Counted from the first letter of the stretch, positions 26,000-41,026 are shown. The stretch: 64,000 nt of DNA from Octopus sinensis (GCF_006345805.1 NC_043015.1:52886001-52950000); one strand, 5' to 3'. Numbers and translations: made by a program. The notes: generated by a model from the sequence alone, not told the origin.

Positions 26000-26352
26000 C
26001 GTCATCATCATCATCACCATCATCATCATTGCTATCATCATCGTCATCGTTATTATCATCCTCATCATTATCATCGTCATCTTCATTGTCGTCGTCATTG
26101 TCATCGTCATCATCATCATCATCATCATCATCATTGCCATCAACAATGTCATCATCGTCATCATCGTCATCGTCATCATCATCATCATCGTCATCATCGT
26201 CATCATCATCATCATCATCATCATCAATATGTCATCATCATCAATCAATGTCATCATCACATCATTATCATCATATCATCATCATCATCATCTCATCATA
26301 CAATCAATCATATCATCGTCATCACATCATCATCATCATCATCATCATCATC
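25880..26352. repeat. (CAT)n imperfect trinucleotide array
   Basis: Long CAT/CGT run. Similar GAT/CAT arrays at 29600-30200, 33145-33475, 34790-35165 and 38840-39200. Confidence 0.95.
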
Positions 26353-26823
26353 AGGTGGGTGTGATGGCTGGATGCCAGATGTTGGGGAAGGCGGGAGTGT
26401 GACATAAGAATAAGTACTGGGTGTTTTGTAATTGAGATAAAAGGCTACCCAGCATCTTACCCCGCATTATGAAAGGGTGGATGAGAATTGCCGGCAATCC
26501 AGAAAGAAGACATGAGTGGCGACGAGATGCTGGAGCATTTCAAAACACAAAACGGGAGCAGGAGATGATGCAGACAGTTAATTGGGAGGGGAAGGGCAAG
26601 AAGGAGTGGGGGTAAGCTTCATAAGACAGAGGGGAGAGATGGTTGGCGATAAGGGTAGAGGGGAAAGTAGTGAGCTTTGGTGAGAGAGATAAGGGTGTTT
26701 CAGGTGGGTGGCTGTGTTATGTGGGGTATGAAGATAGATATGGGAGGGCATAGAGAGTGATAGCAGATAAAAGAGGTGTTAAGAATGGAGTGTGACAGAA
26801 GAAAGAAAGAGAAAGAGAGAGAG

Positions 26824-26863
<40 letters not shown>

Positions 26864-27301
26864 CAATAGTTAATGCACTGAAAAGGGGTTTGCTGGTGGA
26901 ATTCCTAAGGGCAGAGATGATAATGAGAAATTGGAAGTGGTTTCAGGGAAACAAGAAAAAGGAAGATAACAAGAAGGGAGTAGATGGAACATGCACCTGT
27001 TCTGCTCTCAGGTGATTACAACAGGTAAGTTGTAGCATCGAGAAGGAAAGTGATGGATGTTGGGGAATGAGGGGGTAAATTATTAATAGTGAAGAGAGAG
27101 CAGAAAGAGGCAGGCCCTGCTCTACCACAAATACACAATCATAGCCAAGTTGCTTTTAGGCTAAATGCACACATGCATGCATACATACATACATACTTAC
27201 ATACATACATACATAAATACATACATACATACTTACATACATACATACATAAATACATACATATATACATACATACATACATACATACATACACACACAC
27301 A

Positions 27302-27336
<35 letters not shown>

Positions 27337-27521
27337 ATGCACTCAGCAATTTTTTAAAAATAATGTTGCTCGTATATACGTCAGATCCTAGATATGTTTT
27401 TATGTGAATTATTTAAGCAACATATTTAAAAAAAAATTGCTGAGTGCATGATATATTACTCTACTCTGGTATTTGAGTACTCTTTTTTTTCACCTTGTTT
27501 CACGTTTATGTGCTTACTCCA

Positions 27522-27560
<39 letters not shown>

Positions 27561-27582
27561 TATATTATATATATATTATATA

Positions 27583-27613
<31 letters not shown>

Positions 27614-27695
27614 GATATACATACATATATATTATACCAGCTTTTTGGGGTTACACCGAACTGTGCCGATATAAAGTAGGATAACTTAGTAAAAT

Positions 27696-27742
27696 AATAA
27701 TCCTTGGATGGGATTTATTATAAATTCCATCCAAGAATTATT
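27696..27742. repeat. 47-bp imperfect palindrome
   Basis: aataatccttggatgggatttat-t-ataaattccatccaagaattatt. Confidence 0.9.
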
Positions 27743-27873
27743 GTTGTTACGATTTATATATGTAAAGTTAATCTAAACATGAAAACACAAAGAGAAAACA
27801 CAACAACGCGAGGACGTGGAACAAATATAGTACTATTGGACGCTCAGGAAGGAAGGAAGGGAAGAAGGAGGGC

Positions 27874-27905
27874 TTAACGTTTCGAGCGGAGCTCTTCGTC
27901 AGAAA
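27874..27905 (-). ncRNA. Minimal hammerhead motif
   Basis: Reverse complement: uuu CUGACGA a GAGC ucc GCUC GAAAC GUU aag. Confidence 0.55.
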
Positions 27906-28229
27906 CATAGGAAAAGGAAAGATCCAGAGAAGAGAAGATGGAGGAAAAAAAACGCCAACGGTACACACGCGGTCACATTTTGAATACATATATATATATA
28001 TATATACTTAATGTAGGATAAAATTTATTTCGAAAAAAAAATTTTATCAATGGCCAGCATATTAAAAAATACATTTAAAGGCTTAAATTTATAAACAATT
28101 TACAAATGAGGGCAAACGAAAAAAATTTCTAATGCCATATGCCGAAAATTAGACATATAACTTTTCACAGAACGCACGCTATTCCAAAAAAGGTCGGCAG
28201 ATATTTCTAAAAAATTCCATTATTACCAT

Positions 28230-28280
28230 ATCGGACCGATTTCAGGGTTAGCTCGTAAGAACCCTCCCTTCGTCAGTGAT
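28230..28280 (-). ncRNA. Minimal hammerhead motif in the PLE 3' region
   Basis: Reverse complement: auca CUGACGA AGGG...CCCU GAAA UCGGUC cgau. One change each in stem I and in the ACCGGU palindrome. Confidence 0.6.
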
Positions 28281-31154
28281 AAATGTGGCAAAGAAATAAA
28301 TGAGATATTTATGAGTAAGTATCTCATTTATTTCTTTGCCATATCTATATATGTATATAAAATAAAAGCAGGAAAATGCACACGGTGTACATAGTTTTAA
28401 TATACTTTCTAAATATATTTTATAAGTGAAAGAGTATTGTGTTTGTCGACCGGTTTCTCTTTGGTTAAACATAACATTGAAATTATTGTAATTTCGTATT
28501 TTAGTCCATGTTGTGCATTGGAGTTTGTGAAACAAATGAATCAGGAAGTAAAAAAATCTAAGAGAGGATAATTGGTGATCGTTATTATTCGGTACAGTGG
28601 AGGTAATAGCTTATATTTTGGGAAGCGGGTAAATAAATATACAAAAAACTCAAAAGCTAAAGTAGTGAGATGAAATATTTACCATGATGGGTATGTGAAC
28701 AAGTATCAAAATATATGCTTAGAAAAAAGCTGGTTATACATTCATATTTAGGCGTGTTCTGTATTTTTCAATAAATAAATTTTCTTTATTAAATATCCTT
28801 GTACAGAAATTGTTTCATTGCACTGGTAGTTGGGGATAACTGTAAAGTTTGGTTGAATATTACCTGCACATCTCTCTATGTGTTCCCTCAACGGAATATG
28901 TCTGTACTATGGGAAACAGATCTGCTCCTTATGTAGTGTAGTTATCCGTCTAAATGCCATACTTGCCTGTCCTGTATACTTATGACCACAACCTGGACAA
29001 GATGTAGCATAAATTAGATTCTCGGAGGCACAAGTGAAGTTGGTTTAATTGTGAACCTCTCTCCTTGTTTGAATAGTAATTCCGAGCCTTCCAACAGGTT
29101 GGGGCATGTTCCACAGATTAGACGTCCACATTTTTTAACCATTGGTTTCGTGGTTGTTGTGTAAAGCTTCGTTTTTGTCAGAAGTAGCTTCAGCGATTTC
29201 TGTTGCTTCTAGCATTTGATGAATTTATGTGTGTTTTCAGAATGTTGTTCATTTTTGGATCCCTAGTGAGCGTACGTAGATTTTGTACAATAGTGTTGTA
29301 CGACTCATTGTTCCTAGGGTTGTGAGTTGATATATACGGTAGTGTTTTAAGATGTGGTGTGGTGTTACGTTTTGTTGCTCTTAGTGTTTTAATGTCTAAT
29401 TTCTTAGCCCGCTTTCCATCGAGGGTGGATATTGTCAGTGTTGTTCAGAGGTCCTTGGTATTTCCAACAGACACTATTGTGCAAATCCTTTTTTTACTAA
29501 ATTAAAGGAGGTATTTCTCTTGATGTGTTTCGGGTAGCGTGAGCTAAAAAGATATTGTTTCAAGTCCATTGGTTTTCGATAAATGTTAGTTACAATTTGG
29601 TAGTTGATGATGATGATGATGACGTTGCTGACGAGGATCCTGATGATGACACTGATGATGGTGATGGTGGTGATGAAGATGATGATGATGATGATAATGG
29701 TAATGATGATGATGGTGACGATGAGGAAGATTGTGATGATGATGAAGAAGATGATGGTGGTGGGGATGATGGTGATGATGGTGATGATGATTGTGATGAT
29801 GATAGTGATGATGACGATGACGATGACGATGATGATAGTGGTGATGATGATGATGATGATGATAATGGTGATGATAATGATGGTGTCGATGATGAAGATT
29901 GTGATGATGATGAAGATGATGATGGTGATGATGACGATGATGATAGTGGTGGTGGTGGTGGTGGGGATGATGGTGATGATGATGATAATGTTGATGATGT
30001 TGATGATGGGGATTATGATGGTGATGGTGATGATGATGATGATAATGATGTTGACGATGATTAGTCTCATAATGATAATTATATGATGTTGATGCTGAAG
30101 TTGACAAGAATGATGAAGATATTTATGATGCAAATAAAGATGCTGCTGCAACCAGAGCTGCTGCTGCTTATGATGATGATGATGATGATGATGAAGGCCG
30201 TGACAGGAGTGCTGACAGCTGCAACAACTACAATAATAACAGGAGTGATGAGGGTGGTAACGATGACAGGGTGCAGGGAGAGAGAAAAAGAAAGGTGTGG
30301 AGAGGAAGAAAAGGACGAGGAGAAAGTGTAAGAGGAGAAGGAAGAAGATGAAGAAGATGAAGAAGAAAGTGAAAGGAGCAGACGAAACCGAAAGTGGGGA
30401 GAAAGAGGGGACAAATAAATAACAAAATAAAAAAATTAGTGGTAGTGGTGGTGGTGACGGTGGTGGTGGTGGTGGTGGTGGTGGTGATGTTGGTGGTGGT
30501 GGTGGTGGTGATGGTGGATATATTGATGAGGTGAAGTTTAACAAAATGTAGTGACACATACCCACACATACATATATACATACAGGCATGCATATACACA
30601 CGCACATACACACGCACATACACATACACACATACATAAACACATACATATATAGACACATGCACACATACATACATATACACTAAAACACACGCATATA
30701 CACACATACATATATACACATACATATACACTAAAACACACGCATATACACACATACATATATACATACAGACATGTATATACACACGCACATACACACG
30801 CACATACACATACACACATACACATTCAGACCAGACACACTTTAGACACACATATATACACACATGTATACACATACGCTAGAATACACACATATACACG
30901 CATGCGTATATACATACAGGCATACACATGCACACGCACGTGGCAAAAAAAAAAAGGAAAAAAAGAAAAAGCCCCTATCTTTAAATTATAACTGACGAGC
31001 ACCGAATGAGAAATAGAATGAGAAACGAACGAGGGTGTTAGGTGATAATTAATGGTCAATGAATGAGGGAGAAGAATAATTAATGGAAAGGAATGAATGA
31101 TAATTTGTAAATTATTGAGATGCATGTTGAAGAAGAAATGAAAAAAAAATGAAG

Positions 31155-31199
<45 letters not shown>

Positions 31200-31384
31200 C
31201 ACACACTCACGTAATATGAAACGCGCATACATACTTGCTCATCTTCATTCTCAAATTCACATATTCACATGTATAGAACATGCATACATACGTATACACA
31301 TGCACGCGCATACATATACATGCATACACACATACATACATACATACATACATACATACACACATACACACACACATACATACA

Positions 31385-31418
<34 letters not shown>

Positions 31419-32747
31419 ACAGCATGCACACACTTACGTCCATATGTACACACATACACATATGCGCAAATATATCACACACATATATGAACGTATGTAT
31501 ACATGCAAAACATATTTGTATGCATATACACTCTGTACATATACATATACATATAATGCACATGCACACATGCACATTTGCACATAACATGCATATACAC
31601 ATATACACCCATACATAACTTACATGCATGTACATATGTGTATACATGCAAACGTATATATATATATATGCACACATACACATATATATACATACAAGCA
31701 AATATAATGCGCACATTGATAAAGCATGCATACATACACACATTCAGACCAGACATACTTTACACACACACACACACATTCACACGTACACATTCAGACC
31801 AGACATACTTTACACACACACACACACACGTACACATTCACACCAAATAAACTTTATACACACACACACATATAAACATACACTCACACACTTGCACACA
31901 CACTAACACACTCACACAGGCACGCACATATATACATACAAATAAAGCAAGCATACACATTCAGAGCAGACATACACACACACAGAGATACACTCACACA
32001 CACTCACACAGATATACATGCATAAATATATACATGTAATCATACATGTGCACACATACACATACATGCACAACACACGCATATAGGCACGTATATGTAT
32101 GCACATATTTACATATGCATGCATATACACAAATGCACATATACACACATATACACACATAAGACGCATAAATAACACACACACACACACAAACTGTATA
32201 ACAGAATTCTTGTATACACACACCATGTGCACTAACGTACAATACATGTGTACACACAGGACACGTGCAGTCGTATGCATATGCACGCGTTGTAATACAT
32301 CACTTGCCCTCACACATAGACAGACAGACAGAGAGACATACACATACATGCACACATACACTTCATAATGCAACGCACATACACACATACACACGCATAC
32401 TTCATACCGAAGCACATACTCATAAGCGCACACAAACATGCATACACGTACACACAAAACATGCACACGCATGCACACACTCACAGGTGTTAACGTCACC
32501 AGATTCGCAATTTCCCCATTCCTTAGTCTTTCAAATATTTCAAATTTTATTCTCTTTCACTGTATTGTCTTTTTCTTTTTTTTTTGCCATGTGCGTGTGT
32601 ATGTGTATGCCTGTATGTATATGTGTCTGCGTGTATATGTGTGTGTTTTAGTGTATGTGTATGCATGTGTGTATATATGTGTGTGTTTATGTTTATGTGT
32701 ATGTGTATGTGCGTGTGTATATGCGTGTGTATGTCTATGCCTGTATG

Positions 32748-32812
<65 letters not shown>

Positions 32813-32868
32813 ATATGAAAAAAAAAAGCCAAGATAGAAAATGCTAAAATAATTTGTAAAAGACATTT

Positions 32869-32904
32869 TAGTACCGGTTTCAGTCATTGTGACTTTTTCA
32901 ACTG
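32869..32904 (-). ncRNA. Minimal hammerhead motif, U3-A8 variant
   Basis: Reverse complement: cag UUGAAAA AGUC acaau GACU GAAA CCGGUA cua. The first stem-II pair is A-U, versus G-C at 10593. Confidence 0.6.
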
Positions 32905-33639
32905 TAAGTATGGAAAACAATTAAATTTGGAAAAATTAAAAGAAAAGTTAAAAAAAGAAAATATTTGTATAGTGTTCAAATACAAGTGGCATATATGTAT
33001 ATATGTATGTGTGTATATGTGGTTAGAATATGAGTTTTTAATTTCGTTTTCTTCAATGTTGGATTTATCTTTTCGTTTGGCATTTCTCTCTCTTCACTAT
33101 CACCCCAGGTAGAATTCAATTCTTCTATCACTTGTGGATATGTTCATCATCGTCATCATCCTCCTCCTCCTCCTCCTCCTCCTCCTCATCATCATCATCA
33201 TCATCATAAACATCGTCGTAGTCGTCATGATCGTCATAGTCGTCATCATCATCGTCGTCATCGTCATCACCACCATCACTATCATTATCATCAATATCGT
33301 CATCGTCATCATCGTCATCATCATCATCATCATCATAATCATCGTCATTGTCGTCGTCATCATGATCATCATCATCAATATCGTCGTCGTCATCGTCATC
33401 ATCGTCATAGTCATCATCATCATTGTCATCATCATCATCACCATCATCACCATCATCATCATCAATATCGTCATGCTTTTTCCATGTCCTAGCAATGACT
33501 TTAAACCGCATCCGATAGTGGGACCCTAGTATGGGGCTTCCTGGATTTTGAGGAGTGTGGAATCACCTCTCTGCCACTGTTTATTCCCAAGTATACTTTG
33601 ATTTGGATTAGCAGCATCTCTCAGGGTCCCAGCTATGAG

Positions 33640-34000
33640 TCAAATAACGTCTAAATTGAGGTATACTCTGGACCAAAACACTGGCGACCCACCTGGCAAG
33701 GCCTAGCACCCAGTAACCCCCTGAGCTATTTGGACAGATGAACTTACCGAGACAGTGGCGAACATCGTTAGATGCTGAATGGACGAAGAGACAACAAGCT
33801 ATCAATGACCAGGACCAACCAGTTCAGTTAGCGAACAGCTGTTACCATATTGAGAGGCCACATCTCCCGTATTGCGGACCAGTGAACGGAATGGCACTAG
33901 AAAGGGCCACAGGATGGAAAGCTAAAGCCGAGCCAACCGGCTGGAGATCTACGGGTGGACCAAGAACGGGATGGTCGGTTAATATTCATAGTCTCATTTG
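33640..34000 (+). pseudogene. Possible highly degenerate RTE-type ORF C-terminal fragment
   Basis: With frameshifts: HP..ELFG..NLPR-VANIVRC, reminiscent of the RTE HPT..LYGNLP...IVR.RRL segment. Confidence 0.35.
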
Positions 34001-34529
34001 GTCAGGCCTGGGGAATCTAATCGGTGTAGGCTCTGATTGAACCTATGGTGCGTCCTATATAAATAACTCTCTCTATCTCTCTCACTCTCTTTCTCTCTTC
34101 TTTTATTATGTTATTCTTTTACTTGCTTCAGTCATGTGGCCTCTCACAGACGAGACACTTAGCTATCAAAAGATGGATATGATTTATTAGTTGGGACAAC
34201 TCATGTAGTCGGATGAAGATGCTCATTTATAGCCATTACATATCCCATGTATGTATGTATGTATGTATGTATGTATGTATGTATGTATGTGTGTTTGTAT
34301 GTATGTATGTATGTATGTGTGTATGTATGTATGTATATATGTATGTATGTATGTGTGTGTGTATGTATGTATGCATGTATGTATGTCATTGTTCAGTTTT
34401 ATTTCAAGATGTCTTGCCAATAGAGAAAGAACCGGTTTCTAAGCTAGACCCAAGGCTTCTTCATTGGAATTTCAACATCAACAACAGGGTATTTTTGTAT
34501 GCATGTGCGTATGTATGTATGTATGTATG

Positions 34530-34561
<32 letters not shown>

Positions 34562-35066
34562 TGTATGTATGTATGGTTCCTTGTCTGGACATCGTGCAAC
34601 AGTTGTGAAAGAAGCATCACCGTCAAGCGAACGGTGTCGTTCGTTTCTAAGATTCCATGAAAAAAAAACGTCCAATCATGGGATGGGTGGGAGATTGATA
34701 CTTAGCTTGTTAGGAAGCAGCAAGTGGAAAACTTGCCCCAACGAATTCAGTCTGGCACAAGCAAGCATGGAAAAGTGGACGTTAAACGATGACTACGATG
34801 ATGATGATGATGATGATGATGGTAATGACGTTGATGGCGATGATGATGATGGTGATGATGGTTATGATGGTGATGATAATATTGGTAAAGATGATGACGA
34901 CGACGATGGCAAGGATGATGATGACAACGACAACGAAGATAATGATGACGATGACGATGGCGATGAAAATGATGACGGTGACGATGATAATGACGACGTC
35001 GACGATAATGATGATGAGGATGATGAGGATGACGACAATGATGATGATGATGACAAAGACGATAAC

Positions 35067-35110
<44 letters not shown>

Positions 35111-35115
35111 GGATA

Positions 35116-35164
<49 letters not shown>

Positions 35165-35768
35165 CCATAATGATGTTAATTATACCCTATCATCTGAAAA
35201 AAAAAAAGAAAGAAGACCAACAACAGAATTGGTATTTTCTGCGCGGCACTTTGGACTCATAATAAATCTGGCACATCTGACCCAAAGCCATGCCATTCCT
35301 CAAACGGTGTTTCTGTACATAAAACCGCCGCTTTCCACAAACGAATGGCAATAAATCTCTGAGTGGATATTCTGATTCCTGTAGGAAAAAGGTTAATACA
35401 TGTTGATACCCCTCCCGTTTTTTATACCGATATTTTCAGTAAAAATTCTCATGGAGATTGGGCCAGACTTTCTCACGTTGGCATTTATAATCCTCCGGGG
35501 TTTACACATTTTCATTTGCTGCCACTTAGTATGACATGCCTCACCACTTCCCCCACCCTGACCATTCTTTCTCTGCAAACGGCGACGTTTATTAGAGCTT
35601 CTTCAGTTTGCAAAATGTCTGTCATAACTTAGAGTTTGCGTTCGGCAAATGCTTGATTATGGACGGCAACAACAAGTAGTTTTCGTTTTATTTTCCTCAT
35701 CAAGTTTCCTTTGAACAAGCACTACGTGAATCTGTTCCTCATACGAGTTTCTTCGTCAATGGATGTAT

Positions 35769-35874
<106 letters not shown>

Positions 35875-35927
35875 TGTTGTGTGTGTGTGTGTGTCTGTGT
35901 GTGTGTGTGTGTGTGTGGTGTGCTGTG

Positions 35928-35958
<31 letters not shown>

Positions 35959-36373
35959 TTGTGTGTGTCTGTGTGTATCTGTGTGTCTGTGTGTGTGAGA
36001 GAGAGAGAGAGTATGTTAGTGTGTGAGTGTGTGTGAGTGTGTGTACGTGAGTGTACACGTGTATGCATATTTTGTATATGTTGTATATGTTTGTATGTGT
36101 GTATGTGTGTGTTAATGTGTGTCTGTATGCGTGCATATGTATGTGTATATGTGTGTGTAAATGTGTGTATATATATATATGTGTGTGCATATGTATGTGT
36201 ATATGTGTGTGTTTATATGTGTAAAGGTGTATATGTCTTTGTATGTGTTTGGGTACTTATGTGTATATGTATATGTATGTATACTTGTGCGTGTATACTT
36301 GAATGTATACTTGTATATATATATATATGTGTGTGTACATGTATATATATGTATGTGCATATATGTGTATGTA

Positions 36374-36415
<42 letters not shown>

Positions 36416-37721
36416 GCATATGTATGTACGTTGGCGTCTCTCTATCTCTTCTTACTCTCTCTTTCTTTGCGACTCTTCTTTTACTAGGAAATTCTCTTTT
36501 ATCACAAATTTCTTTCTCTTCTAGCATATTCTAAGAGGTTATTCCCATACAAGACGTGTGACTTGACTGGCTGGTTGGCGCTAACTCCATACTCGACTAA
36601 TGGTTTACATTTTCCCTTTGTTTCGTTTTGTTTTTGCCATTTGCAAGCTGTAAATCTAAATTTCCTTTTACCATCTCCTATTAATTTCTTCACTTCTCGG
36701 CCATTTTTCTTCTCCGAGATTTTACGATGGCGTACAACAGCATTACATAATGTAGCAGGCGAAAGACACTGTCGTATTGTGTCATAATCTTTTTCGCTGA
36801 CCTATCTGACAATTTTATGATTTTTCTTCACTGGCTTTGATCATTCTTGCATAATATTGCACAACAAACGCATACTCTTGACCGACGAACAGATACACTT
36901 GTGTTATACATAATATTCTTCCTACTTCTAGCACAATGCCGGAGATTCTAGGGGAAGATGCAAACCGATTACATCGACCACAGTGCTCAAGTGGTACTTA
37001 TTTTATCGACCCTAAAATAATGAAAGGTGAAGACGTCCTCGGCGGGATTTGAACTCAGATAGTAAAGAGCAAGAATTGTTACGAAACATTTTAGCTGACG
37101 TGTTAACGATTGTGCCGGCTCGTCGTCTTTGCACATTCACACACACACACACTGGTTCACCAAATCAAAGATTACTCCTAAAAAAAACGAAAAAGAAACA
37201 CCAGCTACCTCCGTAGTGGACATGAATTTTATCCCTTAATACTGATATTTATAGTCTTCTTTTCAGGGTCTTCTCTATAGATTTTCTATAGAATTCAGAT
37301 CCAACGCTGAAAGTTATTTGTATGCAAATACGCCTATGTAAACAATGCGGTCAAGACAGAAAAATGGTGATGTTTGTATATACACATTTTAAGGATTATT
37401 GCCATTTCGTCAGTACCTTATGTAACCCATCAATTATCTCCGAACAAGTCAGCCATCATTACCGTGCAACTTTAGGGTCTGCTGTATAAGCCTGTACAAG
37501 CTTAGGAGCCTCAGAGCAGCAACAAACTCAAGGACTGCTCCGTGTGGCACACATGACCTGACCGCCCGTGCTTCAATTTTACCAAAATCCACTGTAAGAG
37601 ATATTGTGTACCATCATGATCTTTTTGCACATCTCCTAAATAGTTGTTCTACCTCTTTTGTAACGGTAACAACACATATATAGGTATGTGTGCGTGTGTT
37701 TGTGCGTGAGTGTATCTTGTC

Positions 37722-38065
37722 TTTTATTTGTTTCAGACATTAGACTGCGGCCATCCTGGAGCACTTTAGTCAAATGAATTAACCCCGGTACTCTTTTAAA
37801 GCCTAGTACTTATTCCATCGGTCACTTTTGCCGAACCGCTATGTTACAGAGACATAACCGCACCACCGCCGGTTGTTAGGTGGTGGTGGGCACTTATATA
37901 TATATATTTATGTATGTACGACGGGCTTCTTTCAGTTTCCGTCTACCAAATCCACTCGCAAGGCTTTAGTCCGTCCGAGGGTATAGTAGAAGACACTTGC
38001 CCAAGGTGCCTCGCAGTGGGACTGAACCGAGAACCTTGTGGTTAGGAAGCAAATTTCTCCCCGCA
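37722..38065 (-). mobile_element. CORE-type SINE
   Basis: Near full-length reverse-complement copy. Another lies at about 40565-40960 (-), with partial copies near 54770-55215. Confidence 0.88.
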
Positions 38066-38367
38066 GAGCCACTTTTACACTCCCCCTCCCCTGACATCCA
38101 TTCCCACATGCTATATATACAAAACACGTGACTGCTTCGTCTAGATTTTATTCCTTCATTCATTTTTTCTCACGACGACGACGACGACCATCACCACCAC
38201 CACTACCACTACGTCTATTACTACTACTACTACAACAACAAGAACTACTACTACTACTACAAAATTTATGATGACTATTAAGCAGGATGATAATGTTTGA
38301 GAGGGTGCAAAATTGCAAGATGAATCAAGTATCGAAATTTACTGGAGATAAATCAAACACACACACG

Positions 38368-38418
<51 letters not shown>

Positions 38419-39001
38419 GCTGAAAAACTCTCACACCACATACACAAAGACACAAACATATGTACACTGCGACGCAATCACAATGGATTTAAAGAACAAA
38501 ATAAACCCGAAATGGCCGAAAATCAAAGCATCAACAACGACAACAACAGCAATAAAAAGCGTAAAAGAGGAACATAACAATACTAGGAATTTTTAGTGTC
38601 TCTGATCCTGCTCCTCACCCTCACCCCTGGAGCCTGTCCTCCCTCCGACCCGAAAATGTGTTGACCTCTGTTGAGATCATCATGACAGATGGGTGTTGGT
38701 TGACATTTGAAGAATTAGGCAGACATTGTTTTTGTTCAGGAATTTGGTATGCAAACTGACACAGTTTTAGTTTTTCGGGAATGGGGTGGATTGAGGGTGG
38801 GCGCGATAGGGTTGAAATGGGCGTCGAGGGCGACGACATCATGATCATCATCATTATCATCATGATCCTTATCATCGTCACAATCATCATCACCATCATC
38901 ATTGTCATCATCCTCAAAATCACCGTCATCACAATCTTCATCAACTCCATCATTATCACCACTACCACCACCACCACCACCACCACCTCCATCACCATCA
39001 C

Positions 39002-39045
<44 letters not shown>

Positions 39046-39531
39046 CTATCTTCATGATTACTATCATCACTACCATCACTCCACCATCACGATCACTATC
39101 ACCATCACCTCCACCATCACCACTACCATCACCATCTTCATTATCATCCTCATCCTCATTATCGTTTTTGTCTGCCATCATTGTCTTCAGGATGATGATG
39201 ATGGTGATGGTAGGTGAGTGAGTGAGTGAGAGAAAAAAGTATCGACCCACAGTATATGACTGGAATCTCATTTATGACTCATATATGACTAGTATCTCAT
39301 TGAATCCCGAAAGATAAAAAAAGGCAAAGTTTCCCTTGGCAAGATTTGAACTCAGAATGTAGAGAACTAAAACACCGACTCGAAAGAGCTCTGTTCTGCC
39401 CAACATGCTAATAACCCTGGTATCTATGCATCGCAGCACAGCATAAGATGACAGAGTTACTTTCAGTTAAACCTTCACCGCAAAAGATAAGCTGTGTTTG
39501 GCTCTTTCTTTATTTCTTGCCCTCTCTCCTC

Positions 39532-39573
<42 letters not shown>

Positions 39574-39826
39574 ATTTAATTTAACCTTACCTGTAAGATT
39601 TTTGTGTAGTTCTGTATTACTCTGCTCAATCTCTATCAAAATACAATAGCGAATATGAGAGCGAATTTATGTCCAGGTATATATCTGGATATGCATGTGT
39701 GTGTGTGTGGTGTGAGAGAGAGAGTATGTGTGTGTAGTGAGAATTTACAAAAAACAAAAAAGACGAAGACGGGTGGTGTAGACAACAAACATATGTATTT
39801 GTTTATCGCTCGGCAAGTGAGAACAT

Positions 39827-39975
39827 CTTTTACGTTTCGAGCCTACGCTCTTCGTCAGAAAAGAACACATTGATAAACAGGGAGAGAAAATTAAAAAAAG
39901 TTTTAGTGGTTAATGTTTGTGCTCGGGAAGTGAAAAAGTCTTTAACGTTTCGAGCCTACGCTCTTCCACAGAAAG
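39827..39975 (-). ncRNA. Tandem pair of minimal hammerhead motifs about 114 bp apart
   Basis: Reverse complement: CUGUGGA a GAGC guag GCUC GAAAC GUU aaag (39940-39975), then CUGACGA a GAGC guag GCUC GAAAC GUA aaag (39827-39862). Confidence 0.6.
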
Positions 39976-40785
39976 GAACACAGAAAGAAACAGGGAGAGA
40001 AAATAAAGAGAGAGAAAATAAATATATATATAACGAAAAATGTAAATTATAAAATAAATAGACCAAAATTTTATCAACGGAAATAGAAAGAAATCAGAAG
40101 TACCAAATATAAGTGACAACAAAATAGATTATTTCCATTAATTTCATTTGGTATTTCTTTTTTCCATTTTATTATCTCTTTGAATCTACGTGTTGCTCTT
40201 TATCAATGGAATGCGAAAAAAAAATAACAGAAGACGGGTATAATAGAATGGGAAACTATAGGTGATGCAGCAGTGCTCTCAACGCTACTCACCTGAAGAC
40301 GTGCAAGCATACAGCTATTGCTGCATCACGTTGATTTATATGATATTTATGTAATAGTATATGGAAAACTCAACAACTATCAGGTGTTGGCAATGCATAG
40401 AAACAATTGTTGTGATTTTGATTGAAGCCTGTTCATTCCATCTTCTTGAATTATAATTTTGTTTTATATGTATGTATATATGTATCTATAAATTCACATA
40501 TATGTATATACACACACACGCACATACACATATATGTATATAGGCATACACACATATAGATGTATGTATATATTCTTTTCTTTTATTCTTTTATTTGTTT
40601 CAGTCATTTGACTGCGGCTATGCTGGAGCACCACCTTTAGTTGAACAAATCGCCCCCAGGACTTATTCTTTGTAAGCCTAGTACTTATTCTATCGGTCTC
40701 TCCCGCTAAGTAACGGGGACATAAACACACCAGTATCGGTTGTTAAGCGATGCTGGGTGACAAACACAGACACAACCATATGCAT

Positions 40786-40829
<44 letters not shown>

Positions 40830-41026
40830 GACGGGCTTATTTCAGTTTCCGTCTACCAAATCCACTCACAAGGCTTGCCCAAGGTGTTACGCAGTGGGAC
40901 TGAACCCAGAACAATGTGGTTGGTAAGCAAGCTACTTACCACACAGCCACTCCTGCGCCTATATATATATAGATAGATACATACAAACATACACACAGAC
41001 ACAGACACACACACACATATATATGA

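Larger units (their letters stand above)
27760..29595 (-). mobile_element. Penelope-like element: degenerate RT thumb plus GIY-YIG (28734-29595) and 3' pseudo-LTR-like region with hammerheads
   Basis: TNIYRKPMDLKQYL..HIKRNTSFNL (PLE RT C-terminus); then KKCGRLICGTCPNLLEGSE, ENLIYATSCPGCGHKYTGQ and NKENLFIEKYRTRLNM, which closely parallel the element at 2801. Contains stops and frameshifts. Confidence 0.88.

Noticed and set aside
29474-30673. 399-aa ORF and the many other long ORFs (poly-I/Y, H/T, D, M, S, C/V)
   Set aside because: They are translations of microsatellites; only the last ~40 aa of this ORF are a real PLE RT remnant.
34428-34467. Hammerhead-like motif on the minus strand (ATGAAGA..GAAACCGGTT)
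   Set aside because: Position 3 is A with G at 8 (no pair), and there is no stem I.
37285-37375. Open frame NSDPTLKVICMQIRLCKQCG (saposin-end-like) as an exon
   Set aside because: The donor is weak, there are several competing acceptors, and there is no supporting exon.
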